This document shows, piece after piece, positions 24,963-31,668 of a stretch of DNA of 43,544 bases; the stretch's first letter is position 1, and every line of letters begins with the position of its first letter. The stretch lies in the IMG/VR virus record IMGVR_UViG_3300009086_000001. One strand, 5' to 3'. The position numbers and the translations under genes were made by a program. Below the pieces are notes generated by a model. It saw only the letters and a list, made by a program, of their open reading frames with translations, had not been told where the DNA came from and did not search any database. Source of the DNA: a virus.

Positions 24963-25225
24963 TAATAACCCCCCAAAGCGTTAGGATAACCAACAACAAT
25001 ATCATTGTCATTAGATACACTATCCCAAAATTCCTCAAGGTCATACTCAAGGTTAGATTTTATATCTTGAAGCCAAGCAATATCATTCTCTCGCTTAGCT
25101 TCCTCAAAATCATTTACAGATTCTTGGTCTAGTATTGTATAGCTTTTTAGATCGTCAATTATTGATTCTATTTGCTCAATTAGACTGTCTAAGTCTATTT
25201 GTTTTTTTGATAGTTTATTTTCCAT
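24962..25225 (-). CDS. Hypothetical acidic protein
   Basis: 87-aa ORF, Asp/Glu-rich, with 1-nt overlaps on both sides. Confidence 0.5.
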   Translation of the reverse strand: MENKLSKKQIDLDSLIEQIESIIDDLKSYTILDQESVNDFEEAKRENDIAWLQDIKSNLEYDLEEFWDSVSNDNDIVVGYPNALGGY

Positions 25226-25407
25226 TATCTATAATCCCTTAAATCAATTTTACTATTTGCATTATAACGATTAACATTAGCACAGTTATCTAATATCTCA
25301 TTTTGATCACCTGTGTTTTGTTCTTGAAAGAATTTTTTAAACTCATCTGAATTATCAGATCTTATAAGTTTAATTGCTTTTACCAGCGCATCTATTTTTA
25401 TTTCCAT
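25225..25407 (-). CDS. Hypothetical protein
   Basis: ATG at 25407. The track start at 25440 is TTG and would overlap the upstream gene. Confidence 0.45.
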   Translation of the reverse strand: MEIKIDALVKAIKLIRSDNSDEFKKFFQEQNTGDQNEILDNCANVNRYNANSKIDLRDYR

Positions 25408-25420
25408 TTTTTTATTTAAT

Positions 25421-25606
25421 TTAATTAGTATTAGCTTCAATCAATATATCAACTTCTTTGTAGCATTCTTTCACTTCATTAGCAGTCATCTGCATTTGTG
25501 AAAGCTTGACGATTGATTGAAATACATTATCTTCTCGGATGCGCTTATATTTTAAAGCATTATCACATTTAGATATTAAATCTTTTTTAGTTATTTCTTT
25601 TGTCAT
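25421..25606 (-). CDS. Hypothetical protein
   Basis: 61-aa ORF with GGGGA upstream of the ATG. Confidence 0.5.
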   Translation of the reverse strand: MTKEITKKDLISKCDNALKYKRIREDNVFQSIVKLSQMQMTANEVKECYKEVDILIEANTN

Positions 25607-25684
25607 TACATTCCCCTGTTTTTAAAAAATAAGTTAATTTTGCGGTTTTCCCTGTAGGGTTTAACCTTTAATAATAATAAAGTT

Positions 25685-25948
25685 TTAGTTAAGATACTGA
25701 CCATATATACCCCCTAGTTTTCTTGATTGATTATAAATAGCCTTTTCTTTTGCGAAAAATAATCTTTGAAGAACTGATAATTCACCAATAGTCAGATTAT
25801 CAATACAAAGTGAAGCCTTTTCATCATCTCCTTCTTTATGTCTCACCGCCAGAAGTAAGTCATATTTTACCTTTTCTCTAGTTGATAAATCTTTAAAATT
25901 TACAAGATTATCATCTTCGAGTTTCTTAAATTTTTTTAAAGTACTCAT
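25685..25948 (-). CDS. Hypothetical protein (first leftward gene)
   Basis: 87-aa ORF downstream of the leftward promoter. Confidence 0.5.
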   Translation of the reverse strand: MSTLKKFKKLEDDNLVNFKDLSTREKVKYDLLLAVRHKEGDDEKASLCIDNLTIGELSVLQRLFFAKEKAIYNQSRKLGGIYGQYLN

Positions 25949-26034
25949 AATAATTTCTATTTAAATTAATAAAGTAATCCAACTTTCGCCGCCATGTCGT
26001 CGTAACTGTTAGGCCTTGGCTACTCGTTAAATCC

Positions 26035-26063
26035 ATAATGACACGAATAAATTAAATTGTCAA
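26035..26063 (-). promoter_or_regulatory. Putative leftward early promoter
   Basis: Minus-strand TTGACA (26063-26058), 17-nt spacer, CATTAT (26040-26035). The -35 box lies inside the 15-bp repeat aattgtcaacttaaa (26055-26069). Confidence 0.5.
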
Positions 26064-26098
26064 CTTAAACAATACAATTAGCTGTAATTAATTAAAAT

Positions 26099-26119
26099 CC
26101 TGTGTCAAAATTGTACAGG
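26099..26119. promoter_or_regulatory. Imperfect 21-bp palindrome midway between the divergent promoters (candidate operator)
   Basis: In cctgtgtcaaaattgtacagg, the outer CCTGT/ACAGG arms are perfect. Its centre is about 3 nt from the symmetry axis of the two 15-bp repeats. Confidence 0.35.
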
Positions 26120-26161
26120 TGGGGTAGGGATGCCTTATTAATCAAGAGTGTATGTTTTAAG

Positions 26162-26190
26162 TTGACAATTAAGGTTTAGGGGTTTAAGAT
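26162..26190 (+). promoter_or_regulatory. Putative rightward early promoter
   Basis: TTGACA (26162-26167), 17-nt spacer, TAAGAT (26185-26190). The -35 box lies inside tttaagttgacaatt (26156-26170), the exact inverted copy of 26055-26069. Confidence 0.55.
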
Positions 26191-26203
26191 TGTTTTTGTG
26201 CTA

Positions 26204-26240
26204 GGACTGGATGGACTGGATGGACTGGATGGAACTTGAT
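26204..26240 (+). repeat. 9-bp tandem repeat (ggactggat x 3, plus a degenerate fourth unit)
   Basis: The units at 26204-26212, 26213-26221 and 26222-26230 are identical, followed by ggaacttgat. The array lies between the rightward promoter and the SD/ATG of the first rightward gene. Confidence 0.9.
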
Positions 26241-26273
26241 TAACGTTTTTAACCAACCCAAACAACAAGGAGA

Positions 26274-26477
26274 ATGATGAGTAGAGACCTAACAAATAGC
26301 CCAGAGACTAGGCAAAAGATATTAGATTTATTATTTGATCCTAATAATAAGGAAGCTTTAGAGATAATAAAGAATGAAATAATAATTATACAGAATCGAC
26401 AAGTAGATAAGCAGAATAAAGAAATGCTAGATCATTTTTCTGATTACACCCCAGAGGAGCTTGAGCAAACAATTTAA
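26274..26477 (+). CDS. Hypothetical protein (first rightward gene)
   Basis: 67 aa with SD AAGGAGA 4 nt upstream. Confidence 0.55.
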   Translation: MMSRDLTNSPETRQKILDLLFDPNNKEALEIIKNEIIIIQNRQVDKQNKEMLDHFSDYTPEELEQTI

Positions 26478-26496
26478 ACAATAAGGAGAGTAAATA

Positions 26497-26661
26497 ATGG
26501 AAAATGATATGCTAATGACAATTTTATTAAAAAAAGATAATAAAGTAGGTCAAATAGCTTTAACAAAAGAGCAAAAAAAAGACATTCTTGATTTTATTTA
26601 CTTTTTATGTGAAGAAATAGAGCTTGTGGAATGTCCAGATTTAATAATAGAGAAAAAATAA
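26497..26661 (+). CDS. Hypothetical protein (54 aa; not in ORF track)
   Basis: SD AAGGAGAG lies 8 nt upstream of the ATG at 26497. The ORF is open to the TAA at 26659-26661. Confidence 0.45.
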   Translation: MENDMLMTILLKKDNKVGQIALTKEQKKDILDFIYFLCEEIELVECPDLIIEKK

Positions 26662-26666
26662 ACATT

Positions 26667-27074
26667 ATGACTAAAAGATATTATTACACAGACCCAATAA
26701 AAGCTGCTTACATGGCAAAGGAATTTGATGTTAAATTTGAAGATGTGGATGGTGATAAGATTATATGCTCAAATAATATTGCAAGCGCACTATGGCAATG
26801 GGTTTATGAAGATAGTAGTAAATATTATTCCGGTGATGCCAAGAAATTAGATGATGGAAGAATTGTTGAGCTGCATAAATTTTATGTAGCTAAAGAATCA
26901 GAAGATATTCTTCAATTGAAAAAAGATGATTATTTTATATCAAGTGAACCTTATGATGGTGATGATTCAGTTCTTCAATCAGACTCTCCAGAATATGATA
27001 GTATTTGTTGTAAACAAATAATTATAAGACACAACAAACAATTTTTTATGCCAGAGGTAGAGTATGACAAATAA
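26667..27074 (+). CDS. Hypothetical protein
   Basis: The ATG at 26667 ('MTKRYYYTDPIKAAYMAKEF...') avoids overlap with 26497..26661. The track start at 26631 is the alternative. Confidence 0.5.
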   Translation: MTKRYYYTDPIKAAYMAKEFDVKFEDVDGDKIICSNNIASALWQWVYEDSSKYYSGDAKKLDDGRIVELHKFYVAKESEDILQLKKDDYFISSEPYDGDDSVLQSDSPEYDSICCKQIIIRHNKQFFMPEVEYDK

Positions 27075-27330
27075 AACAATAGAACAAATAGAAAAGGTGG
27101 GGTACGCATATGCGATTTGTGAGCATAATGAAAAAATGGCGCACTGTGATATATGCAGTGAGCCTCAAGATGTTTCTTGTGATGAGATTTTGGAATTAAG
27201 AAAAGAGAATAAAACTTTAAAATTAAACTTAGAAAAGATAGCGAGTCACTTTGATGACCATTCGACCGTAAGCCACCAAGCTAAAACTTTAAAGAGAATG
27301 GCAAGAGTTTATTTAAATAGATTAAAGTAA
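27064..27330 (+). CDS. Hypothetical protein
   Basis: 88-aa ORF containing 'CEHNEKMAHCDICSEPQDVSC'. Confidence 0.5.
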   Translation: MTNKTIEQIEKVGYAYAICEHNEKMAHCDICSEPQDVSCDEILELRKENKTLKLNLEKIASHFDDHSTVSHQAKTLKRMARVYLNRLK

Positions 27331-27331
27331 T

Positions 27332-27724
27332 ATGAAAACATTGGAACAAATACAAGAAGAAAACCGCAAGCTAATTATTCTTGCTAACAATAAAGAGGCT
27401 AAGAGTTATGAGGAAGTAATAAAAAAGATTCATGATGAAAAATTTTTTAGATCAGATTTAGAAGGTGATTTTGAAAGAATGGAACAATATATCAGGAATG
27501 ATTATGATTTAACCCTAGACAAGGTTTTGCTTGGTTTTAAAGACTTGCCATTAAGAATAGCTGTTGAAGGCGATATTATAACAAAAGATAAAATCTTAGA
27601 ATTTAGAGAATATTTAGGATTAGGAGTTAGTGTTAGCTTGTTTGAATGGGACTTAACCAAACCAACCCTAGACCAACAAACCCAACAAACACAAATTGAA
27701 ATAAACAAATTGCTGACAGAATGA
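27332..27724 (+). CDS. Hypothetical protein
   Basis: 130-aa ORF starting 2 nt after the previous stop. Confidence 0.5.
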   Translation: MKTLEQIQEENRKLIILANNKEAKSYEEVIKKIHDEKFFRSDLEGDFERMEQYIRNDYDLTLDKVLLGFKDLPLRIAVEGDIITKDKILEFREYLGLGVSVSLFEWDLTKPTLDQQTQQTQIEINKLLTE

Positions 27725-27792
27725 TAAAAAAATAAATATTGACTTCCTAGTATCAGGAATCCAATGCAAACTTAATAATTCAACAGAATTTG

Positions 27793-28041
27793 ATGAAAAT
27801 CTTACTTAAACAAATCAATATGAAACAATCAGACTTAAACAAATCAAGAATAAAAAGAGCGGACAAAATAAGACTAGCCCTAATTGAAGTAGATCGCAAA
27901 AGATTAACTAGCGAACTATCAAGATTAAGCGGATTACAGAGGTATTGCATTATAAAAATCAGAAATGATCTAGTATCGCCTAGGGCTAAAACTTTAGACT
28001 TGCTTGAGAAGGCTTTGAATGAAATAGACTTACAATATTAA
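27793..28041 (+). CDS. Possible HTH DNA-binding protein
   Basis: ATG at 27793 (the track start at 27790 is TTG). 'LTSELSRLSGLQRYCIIKIRNDLVSPRAKTLDLLEKAL' looks like a Cro/CI-type HTH. Confidence 0.4.
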   Translation: MKILLKQINMKQSDLNKSRIKRADKIRLALIEVDRKRLTSELSRLSGLQRYCIIKIRNDLVSPRAKTLDLLEKALNEIDLQY

Positions 28042-28058
28042 TCAAGATAAATAAAAAA

Positions 28059-28739
28059 ATGACTGACGATAAAAACAACACTGGCGACTGCAACACTGGC
28101 CACTACAACACTGGCTACTACAACACTGGCTACCGCAACACTGGCTACCGCAACACTGGCTACCGCAACACTGGCTACTACAACACTGGCTACTACAACA
28201 CTGGCTACTACAACACTGGCGACCACAACACTGGCCACTACAACACTGGCTACTACAACACTGGCGACCGCAACACTGGCCACTACAACACTGGCGACTG
28301 CAACACTGGCTACTACAACACTGGCTTCTTTAATACCAATACTCCTAAGGTCACTATTTTTAACAAAATTTCAAATCTAAAGTTTGATAGTGAGGAGGTG
28401 ATAAAAATGAAAAATATAATCTTGAATAATATCAAGGGTGTATGTGTTTGGGTTTATGAATCTGATATGACGGATGAAGAAAAAGAAGAAAACCCAACTT
28501 ATAAAACAACTGGCGGTTATTTAAAGAAAAGAGATTATAAATATTGCTGGAAAAAGGGATGGGGAAAAATGAGCAATAAAAATAAAGAGTTTATTAAATC
28601 TTTACCTAATTTCTGCCCTAAAATATTTGAAGAAATAACAGGTATTAATGCTAATACTGATAGCAAAAGAAAAGTTACTTTGGAGTTGAATGATGAGCAA
28701 TTGGATAAAATTAATAAGATTTTACAAGAAAATGATTAA
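28059..28739 (+). CDS. Pentapeptide-repeat protein (17 x N-T-G-x-x) with a conserved C-terminal domain
   Basis: Translation is 'NTGDCNTGHYNTGYYNTGYRNTGYR...NTGFFNT', then 'MTDEEKEENPTYKTTGGYLKK...LPNFCPKIFEEITGIN'. I recall this architecture from other phage and prophage proteins of unknown function. Confidence 0.7.
   Translation: MTDDKNNTGDCNTGHYNTGYYNTGYRNTGYRNTGYRNTGYYNTGYYNTGYYNTGDHNTGHYNTGYYNTGDRNTGHYNTGDCNTGYYNTGFFNTNTPKVTIFNKISNLKFDSEEVIKMKNIILNNIKGVCVWVYESDMTDEEKEENPTYKTTGGYLKKRDYKYCWKKGWGKMSNKNKEFIKSLPNFCPKIFEEITGINANTDSKRKVTLELNDEQLDKINKILQEND
28077..28331 (+). repeat. 15-bp tandem repeat x 17 (aacactggc + variable hexamer)
   Basis: Counted from the sequence. The 9-nt aacactggc part is identical in every unit; the variable part is gactgc, cactac, tactac, taccgc, gaccac, gaccgc or ttcttt. 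Confidence 0.95.
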
Positions 28740-28774
28740 CAAAAAGAAAAAAGCGCAAAAAATTGTGGAGGAAA

Positions 28775-29095
28775 ATGATAAATAAAGCTCAAGAGCATTT
28801 AAGAAACGGATACAAAAACCCTGACCGCTTAGCAGCCATTCACAACTCACCTTGTGCACTTTCCTACAAGCTAGGCATAAGGCAAAAGACAGTAACACAA
28901 GCGCATCACAAAATAGGGCTGGGGCTAGGCTTAAAAGCTAGTGACAACCTAACAATGGCACTAAGTCAAGAATTTCACCAAACAGGACAGCACGCCATTC
29001 ATCACATAGGAACTAAGGCGTTTGAAAGAAAATTTAACACGACTCAAGATGAACTTATTGAAATAACCAATAAATTACTAGAAAAATATTGTTAA
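28775..29095 (+). CDS. Possible DUF968 / Ref-like HNH-family protein
   Basis: ATG at 28775 (the track start at 28763 is TTG). 'SPCALS...QAHHKIGLGLGLKASDNLTMALSQEFHQTGQHAIHHIG' recalls the 'AHH...G.g.K..D...PLC..HH' pattern of DUF968/Ref proteins. Tentative. Confidence 0.35.
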   Translation: MINKAQEHLRNGYKNPDRLAAIHNSPCALSYKLGIRQKTVTQAHHKIGLGLGLKASDNLTMALSQEFHQTGQHAIHHIGTKAFERKFNTTQDELIEITNKLLEKYC

Positions 29096-29100
29096 ACCAA

Positions 29101-29265
29101 ATGAGCGAAATTAAAAGACAAATCAAAGCTACATTCTGGCACATACACAACACAGACAACCCAGATGATTTAGATACATTACTACCTAGATATTGGCTGT
29201 TGTTGAAAGAGTATAATATTGCGCTCGATGAAATGATTCTAGAAAAGCTTAAAAAAAGTAGTTGA
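29101..29265 (+). CDS. Hypothetical protein (54 aa; not in ORF track)
   Basis: ATG at 29101, open to the TGA at 29263-29265. The stop overlaps the -35 box of the next promoter. Confidence 0.4.
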   Translation: MSEIKRQIKATFWHIHNTDNPDDLDTLLPRYWLLLKEYNIALDEMILEKLKKSS

Positions 29266-29290
29266 TTTTACTAATGCTGAGTATTACTAT
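29262..29290 (+). promoter_or_regulatory. Promoter-operator P1 (upstream of the 62-aa HTH gene)
   Basis: TTGATT, 17-nt spacer, TACTAT. The spacer and -10 contain taatgctgagtatta (29272-29286), a 15-bp near-palindrome. Confidence 0.55.
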
Positions 29291-29334
29291 TTATTTAGTA
29301 ACATAAGATTTTTTAATAAAATACTATCTAATAA

Positions 29335-29523
29335 ATGACGCCAGAACAATTTAAACAAAATCGCAAAGAGCTAGGATTAGAACAAAAAGATTTAGCAGTG
29401 CTATTATATTGTTCAACAGTCCTAATAAGCTGTTACGAACAAGGCACAAGAGATATTAATAAAAGCCCCTTGCGCTTAGAAAGATATCAGAAATTAATAA
29501 ATAATGCAAAAAAGATGAAATAA
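29335..29523 (+). CDS. Small XRE-type HTH regulator
   Basis: 62 aa. 'FKQNRKELGLEQKDLAVLLYCSTVLISCYEQGTRDIN' is an HTH_3-like motif. Near-identical promoter-operators flank the gene. Confidence 0.7.
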   Translation: MTPEQFKQNRKELGLEQKDLAVLLYCSTVLISCYEQGTRDINKSPLRLERYQKLINNAKKMK

Positions 29524-29527
29524 AGTA

Positions 29528-29556
29528 TTGACATTACTAATACTCAGTATTATTAT
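29528..29556 (+). promoter_or_regulatory. Promoter-operator P2 (downstream of the HTH gene, upstream of 29595)
   Basis: TTGACA, 17-nt spacer, TATTAT. It contains the perfect 15-bp palindrome taatactcagtatta (29538-29552). Confidence 0.6.
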
Positions 29557-29594
29557 ATATTCATCAACCAAGCAATATTAATCTTAACTAAAAA

Positions 29595-30170
29595 ATGAAA
29601 ATGACAAATTTTACTTATAAAATTGAAAGAACAAAAAGCAGATCAGGCAAAAGAAATCTTTTTTTTCCTTCTTTAAATGGCAAAAGGTTTTCAAAGACTA
29701 ATTTCGCCACTAAGGGGGGAGCTAAAAGTTTAGTTGAGTTTTGTTTGGAAAAGTATGGAGCAACATCAAAAGTAATACAAATATCAACTACTCATTACGA
29801 CACTACTCATTACGACACTAGGCATTGCAATGGAAATGTAACATCTGAAATAGTAACACAAGCATTATGTCAAGATGGTAGTATTTGGGACAGAGTTAAA
29901 AAAGACGAATGGAATTGTATTTTAGAAGCCCACAAAGAGCCAGAAGCAAAACAAGAGCAAAATCAAACCGATAAAATTATTGAGCTTCAAAAGAAGATCA
30001 TTGAGAAGCATGACAATGAAAGAAAGAAAAATAAGGAAGTACAAGAGGCATTACAGGAGTTGAAAGAAGCTGTTGAAAAAGATTGCTGGAGCGTTGGAGA
30101 AGCAAATATACATTTTGGTGTACTAAAGGTTAAGGCTCAAAATCTAATAAACGCCCTAGGCGTAAAATAA
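29595..30170 (+). CDS. Hypothetical protein
   Basis: 191-aa ORF with an internal 15-bp direct repeat encoding 'TTHYDTTHYDT' and a coiled-coil C-terminus. Confidence 0.55.
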   Translation: MKMTNFTYKIERTKSRSGKRNLFFPSLNGKRFSKTNFATKGGAKSLVEFCLEKYGATSKVIQISTTHYDTTHYDTRHCNGNVTSEIVTQALCQDGSIWDRVKKDEWNCILEAHKEPEAKQEQNQTDKIIELQKKIIEKHDNERKKNKEVQEALQELKEAVEKDCWSVGEANIHFGVLKVKAQNLINALGVK

Positions 30171-30175
30171 TTTTA

Positions 30176-30255
30176 TATCGGGTGTATAGTGAATACAATA
30201 CCCTAAAAGGAAATAAACTGTACACGCTAGGTTTGCGTGGTGGTGACTCCCGATA
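30176..30255 (+). other. Structured intergenic element (closing stem plus two hairpins)
   Basis: tatcggg (30176-82) pairs with cccgata (30249-55). Inside are the hairpins tgtat/ataca (30183-97) and cacgc/gcgtg (30223-39). It is relatively GC-rich for this genome. Confidence 0.35.
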
Positions 30256-30271
30256 CCAATACTAATTTAAA

Positions 30272-30478
30272 ATGAAAAAAATGGAAAACTTAATCAGCTT
30301 TGATGCAAAAATATTAGATTTAAAGATCAAAAAATTAATAAAAAAATACAAAGAGATGGATTCATTCTGCTCTGAGCAAATAGATAAATTTGAGGGAACT
30401 CTTTGTGTAGATGAATTAATCTTAAAAAGAGACATTATAGGTCAAGTAATTGATGATTTAAAAGAAATAATTAAATAA
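30272..30478 (+). CDS. Hypothetical protein
   Basis: 68-aa ORF. Confidence 0.5.
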   Translation: MKKMENLISFDAKILDLKIKKLIKKYKEMDSFCSEQIDKFEGTLCVDELILKRDIIGQVIDDLKEIIK

Positions 30479-30480
30479 AA

Positions 30481-30768
30481 ATGAATAATTTTGAAGAAGA
30501 TTTCCTTGCACTAAAGCAAGAGAACGATAAACTTAGGGAGCAATTAAAGGATAAGGAGCAAATATTAAAAGGAGCTATTTTCCTTATAATAAATGATATT
30601 GGCTTAAATTTTGAAGACACATCTGCCGAAGATAAAAAACTTATTGAGTTAGCGATGAGAATGCAAAAAATAGAAATAATATTTGAATACAGCAAAATCG
30701 ATTCAGGCAACGAAAAAGAGATGATAGAATTCTGCAATGAATTTATATCAAACTTTATGAAAGAATAG
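30481..30768 (+). CDS. Hypothetical protein
   Basis: 95-aa ORF with a coiled-coil N-terminus. Confidence 0.5.
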   Translation: MNNFEEDFLALKQENDKLREQLKDKEQILKGAIFLIINDIGLNFEDTSAEDKKLIELAMRMQKIEIIFEYSKIDSGNEKEMIEFCNEFISNFMKE

Positions 30769-30781
30769 GGGATATTGAGGA

Positions 30782-30991
30782 ATGATAAAGATAGAATCCC
30801 TTGATAAAATTAAAAAACTTAAAAAAAGTTTTAATCAACCAGATATGATAAAGGAAGGACGAATTAGTGCAATTGCGGCAGATAAAATAAAGACTGGTGA
30901 CATTGTTAGACTAGAGCGGAAATGGTGGCAACTTAAGCCAAGAGCATTTAAGGTAAGAATTAAACAACCAAGATACAACGACCAGATATGA
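30782..30991 (+). CDS. Hypothetical protein
   Basis: 69-aa ORF with GAGG upstream of the ATG. Confidence 0.5.
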   Translation: MIKIESLDKIKKLKKSFNQPDMIKEGRISAIAADKIKTGDIVRLERKWWQLKPRAFKVRIKQPRYNDQI

Positions 30992-31000
30992 TAAAATAAA

Positions 31001-31117
31001 ATGAAAACATTAACACTACTACTAGCACTAACAACAATCAATCCAGACTTTGCAAACGACAAATGTGAAAAAGTTGAATGTGAGAAAGAGGTTGATTTTG
31101 AGGAGTTGTATGGGTAA
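31001..31117 (+). CDS. Small putative secreted peptide (38 aa; not in ORF track)
   Basis: 'MKTLTLLLALTTINPDFA' is signal-like and is followed by 'NDKCEKVECEKEVDFEELYG'. Confidence 0.35.
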   Translation: MKTLTLLLALTTINPDFANDKCEKVECEKEVDFEELYG

Positions 31118-31147
31118 AAATTTTATTATTAACTTAACTATAAAAAA

Positions 31148-31351
31148 ATGAAAAAAATATTAATAACAATAATAATATCACTAGGTATATCTAGCAATGC
31201 CTATTCCATGAGTTGTGGATTAAGACCTACATTTAAACCACTAGATTGTCCCAATGGACACGCTGTTTGTCAATGTAGTAATGATTACGGATCTTATAAC
31301 AGGTGTCAGTGGTATTGGACAAATTGTGGTTACAATAACTACTATAATTAG
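31148..31351 (+). CDS. Secreted Cys-rich small protein
   Basis: Signal peptide 'MKKILITIIISLGISSNAYS' is followed by a 47-aa mature part with 6 Cys and a Tyr/Asn-rich end ('...CQWYWTNCGYNNYYN'). Confidence 0.55.
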   Translation: MKKILITIIISLGISSNAYSMSCGLRPTFKPLDCPNGHAVCQCSNDYGSYNRCQWYWTNCGYNNYYN

Positions 31352-31394
31352 ACATTATGGGTTTGGGTGAACAATTTAATTGTAAAAAAGATTA

Positions 31395-31661
31395 GTGGCT
31401 AATAAGCATTGTGACTCAATAGAAACTTATAAATTTCTTGACTTAATTGCAGAATTAGGTATGAAAGAAAAAGAAGCTAGAGAGATGATAGGTATTGAAC
31501 GAACACAGTTTTATAACTGGAAAAGAAAAGGAAGAATGCCAACTAAACATTTTTGGGTCTTTCAAAATGCAGTTACAACTTTTCTGCAAAAGGAAATGAT
31601 AAGAAAAATGGCTTTGCTTGGTATTCTTGAAAAAGAATTTTTAAAAGAGTTGATAATATAA
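31395..31661 (+). CDS. Small HTH protein (start uncertain: GTG at 31395 or ATG at 31461)
   Basis: 'EAREMIGIERTQFYNWKRKGRMP' resembles AlpA / excisionase-type HTH motifs. Confidence 0.45.
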   Translation: MANKHCDSIETYKFLDLIAELGMKEKEAREMIGIERTQFYNWKRKGRMPTKHFWVFQNAVTTFLQKEMIRKMALLGILEKEFLKELII

Positions 31662-31668
31662 CAATATA

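Noticed and set aside
25979-26020. Relatively GC-rich patch (ccaactttcgccgccatgtcgtcgtaactgttaggccttggc) in the leftward leader, examined for a tRNA or small-RNA fold.
   Set aside because: I could draw no convincing stem-loops or T-loop/anticodon features. It is likely just the 5' UTR of the first leftward gene.
27739-27767. TTGACT upstream of the HTH gene at 27793, considered as a third early promoter.
   Set aside because: No acceptable -10 hexamer lies at 16-18 nt (caatgc or aatgca), and only a weak 5-bp hairpin (ttcct/aggaa) is present.
28038-28283. Minus-strand ORF translating to (ASVVV)n across the 15-bp repeat array.
   Set aside because: It is a mirror-frame artefact of the tandem repeat. 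The plus-strand frame continues into a non-repetitive 130-aa domain with a proper ATG.
29787-29828. 15-bp direct repeat x 2.6 (actactcattacgac) inside 29595..30170.
   Set aside because: It is an in-frame duplication giving 'TTHYDTTHYDT', too short to interpret. It is noted only as a possible slippage site.
30176-30258. Possible tRNA gene (7-bp closing stem, internal hairpins, 3' A-CCA).
   Set aside because: The first hairpin has only a 5-nt loop without the D-loop GG. No 5-bp/7-nt anticodon arm can be drawn. The third hairpin loop (taggttt) is not a T-loop, and 8-9 extra nt separate it from the acceptor strand.
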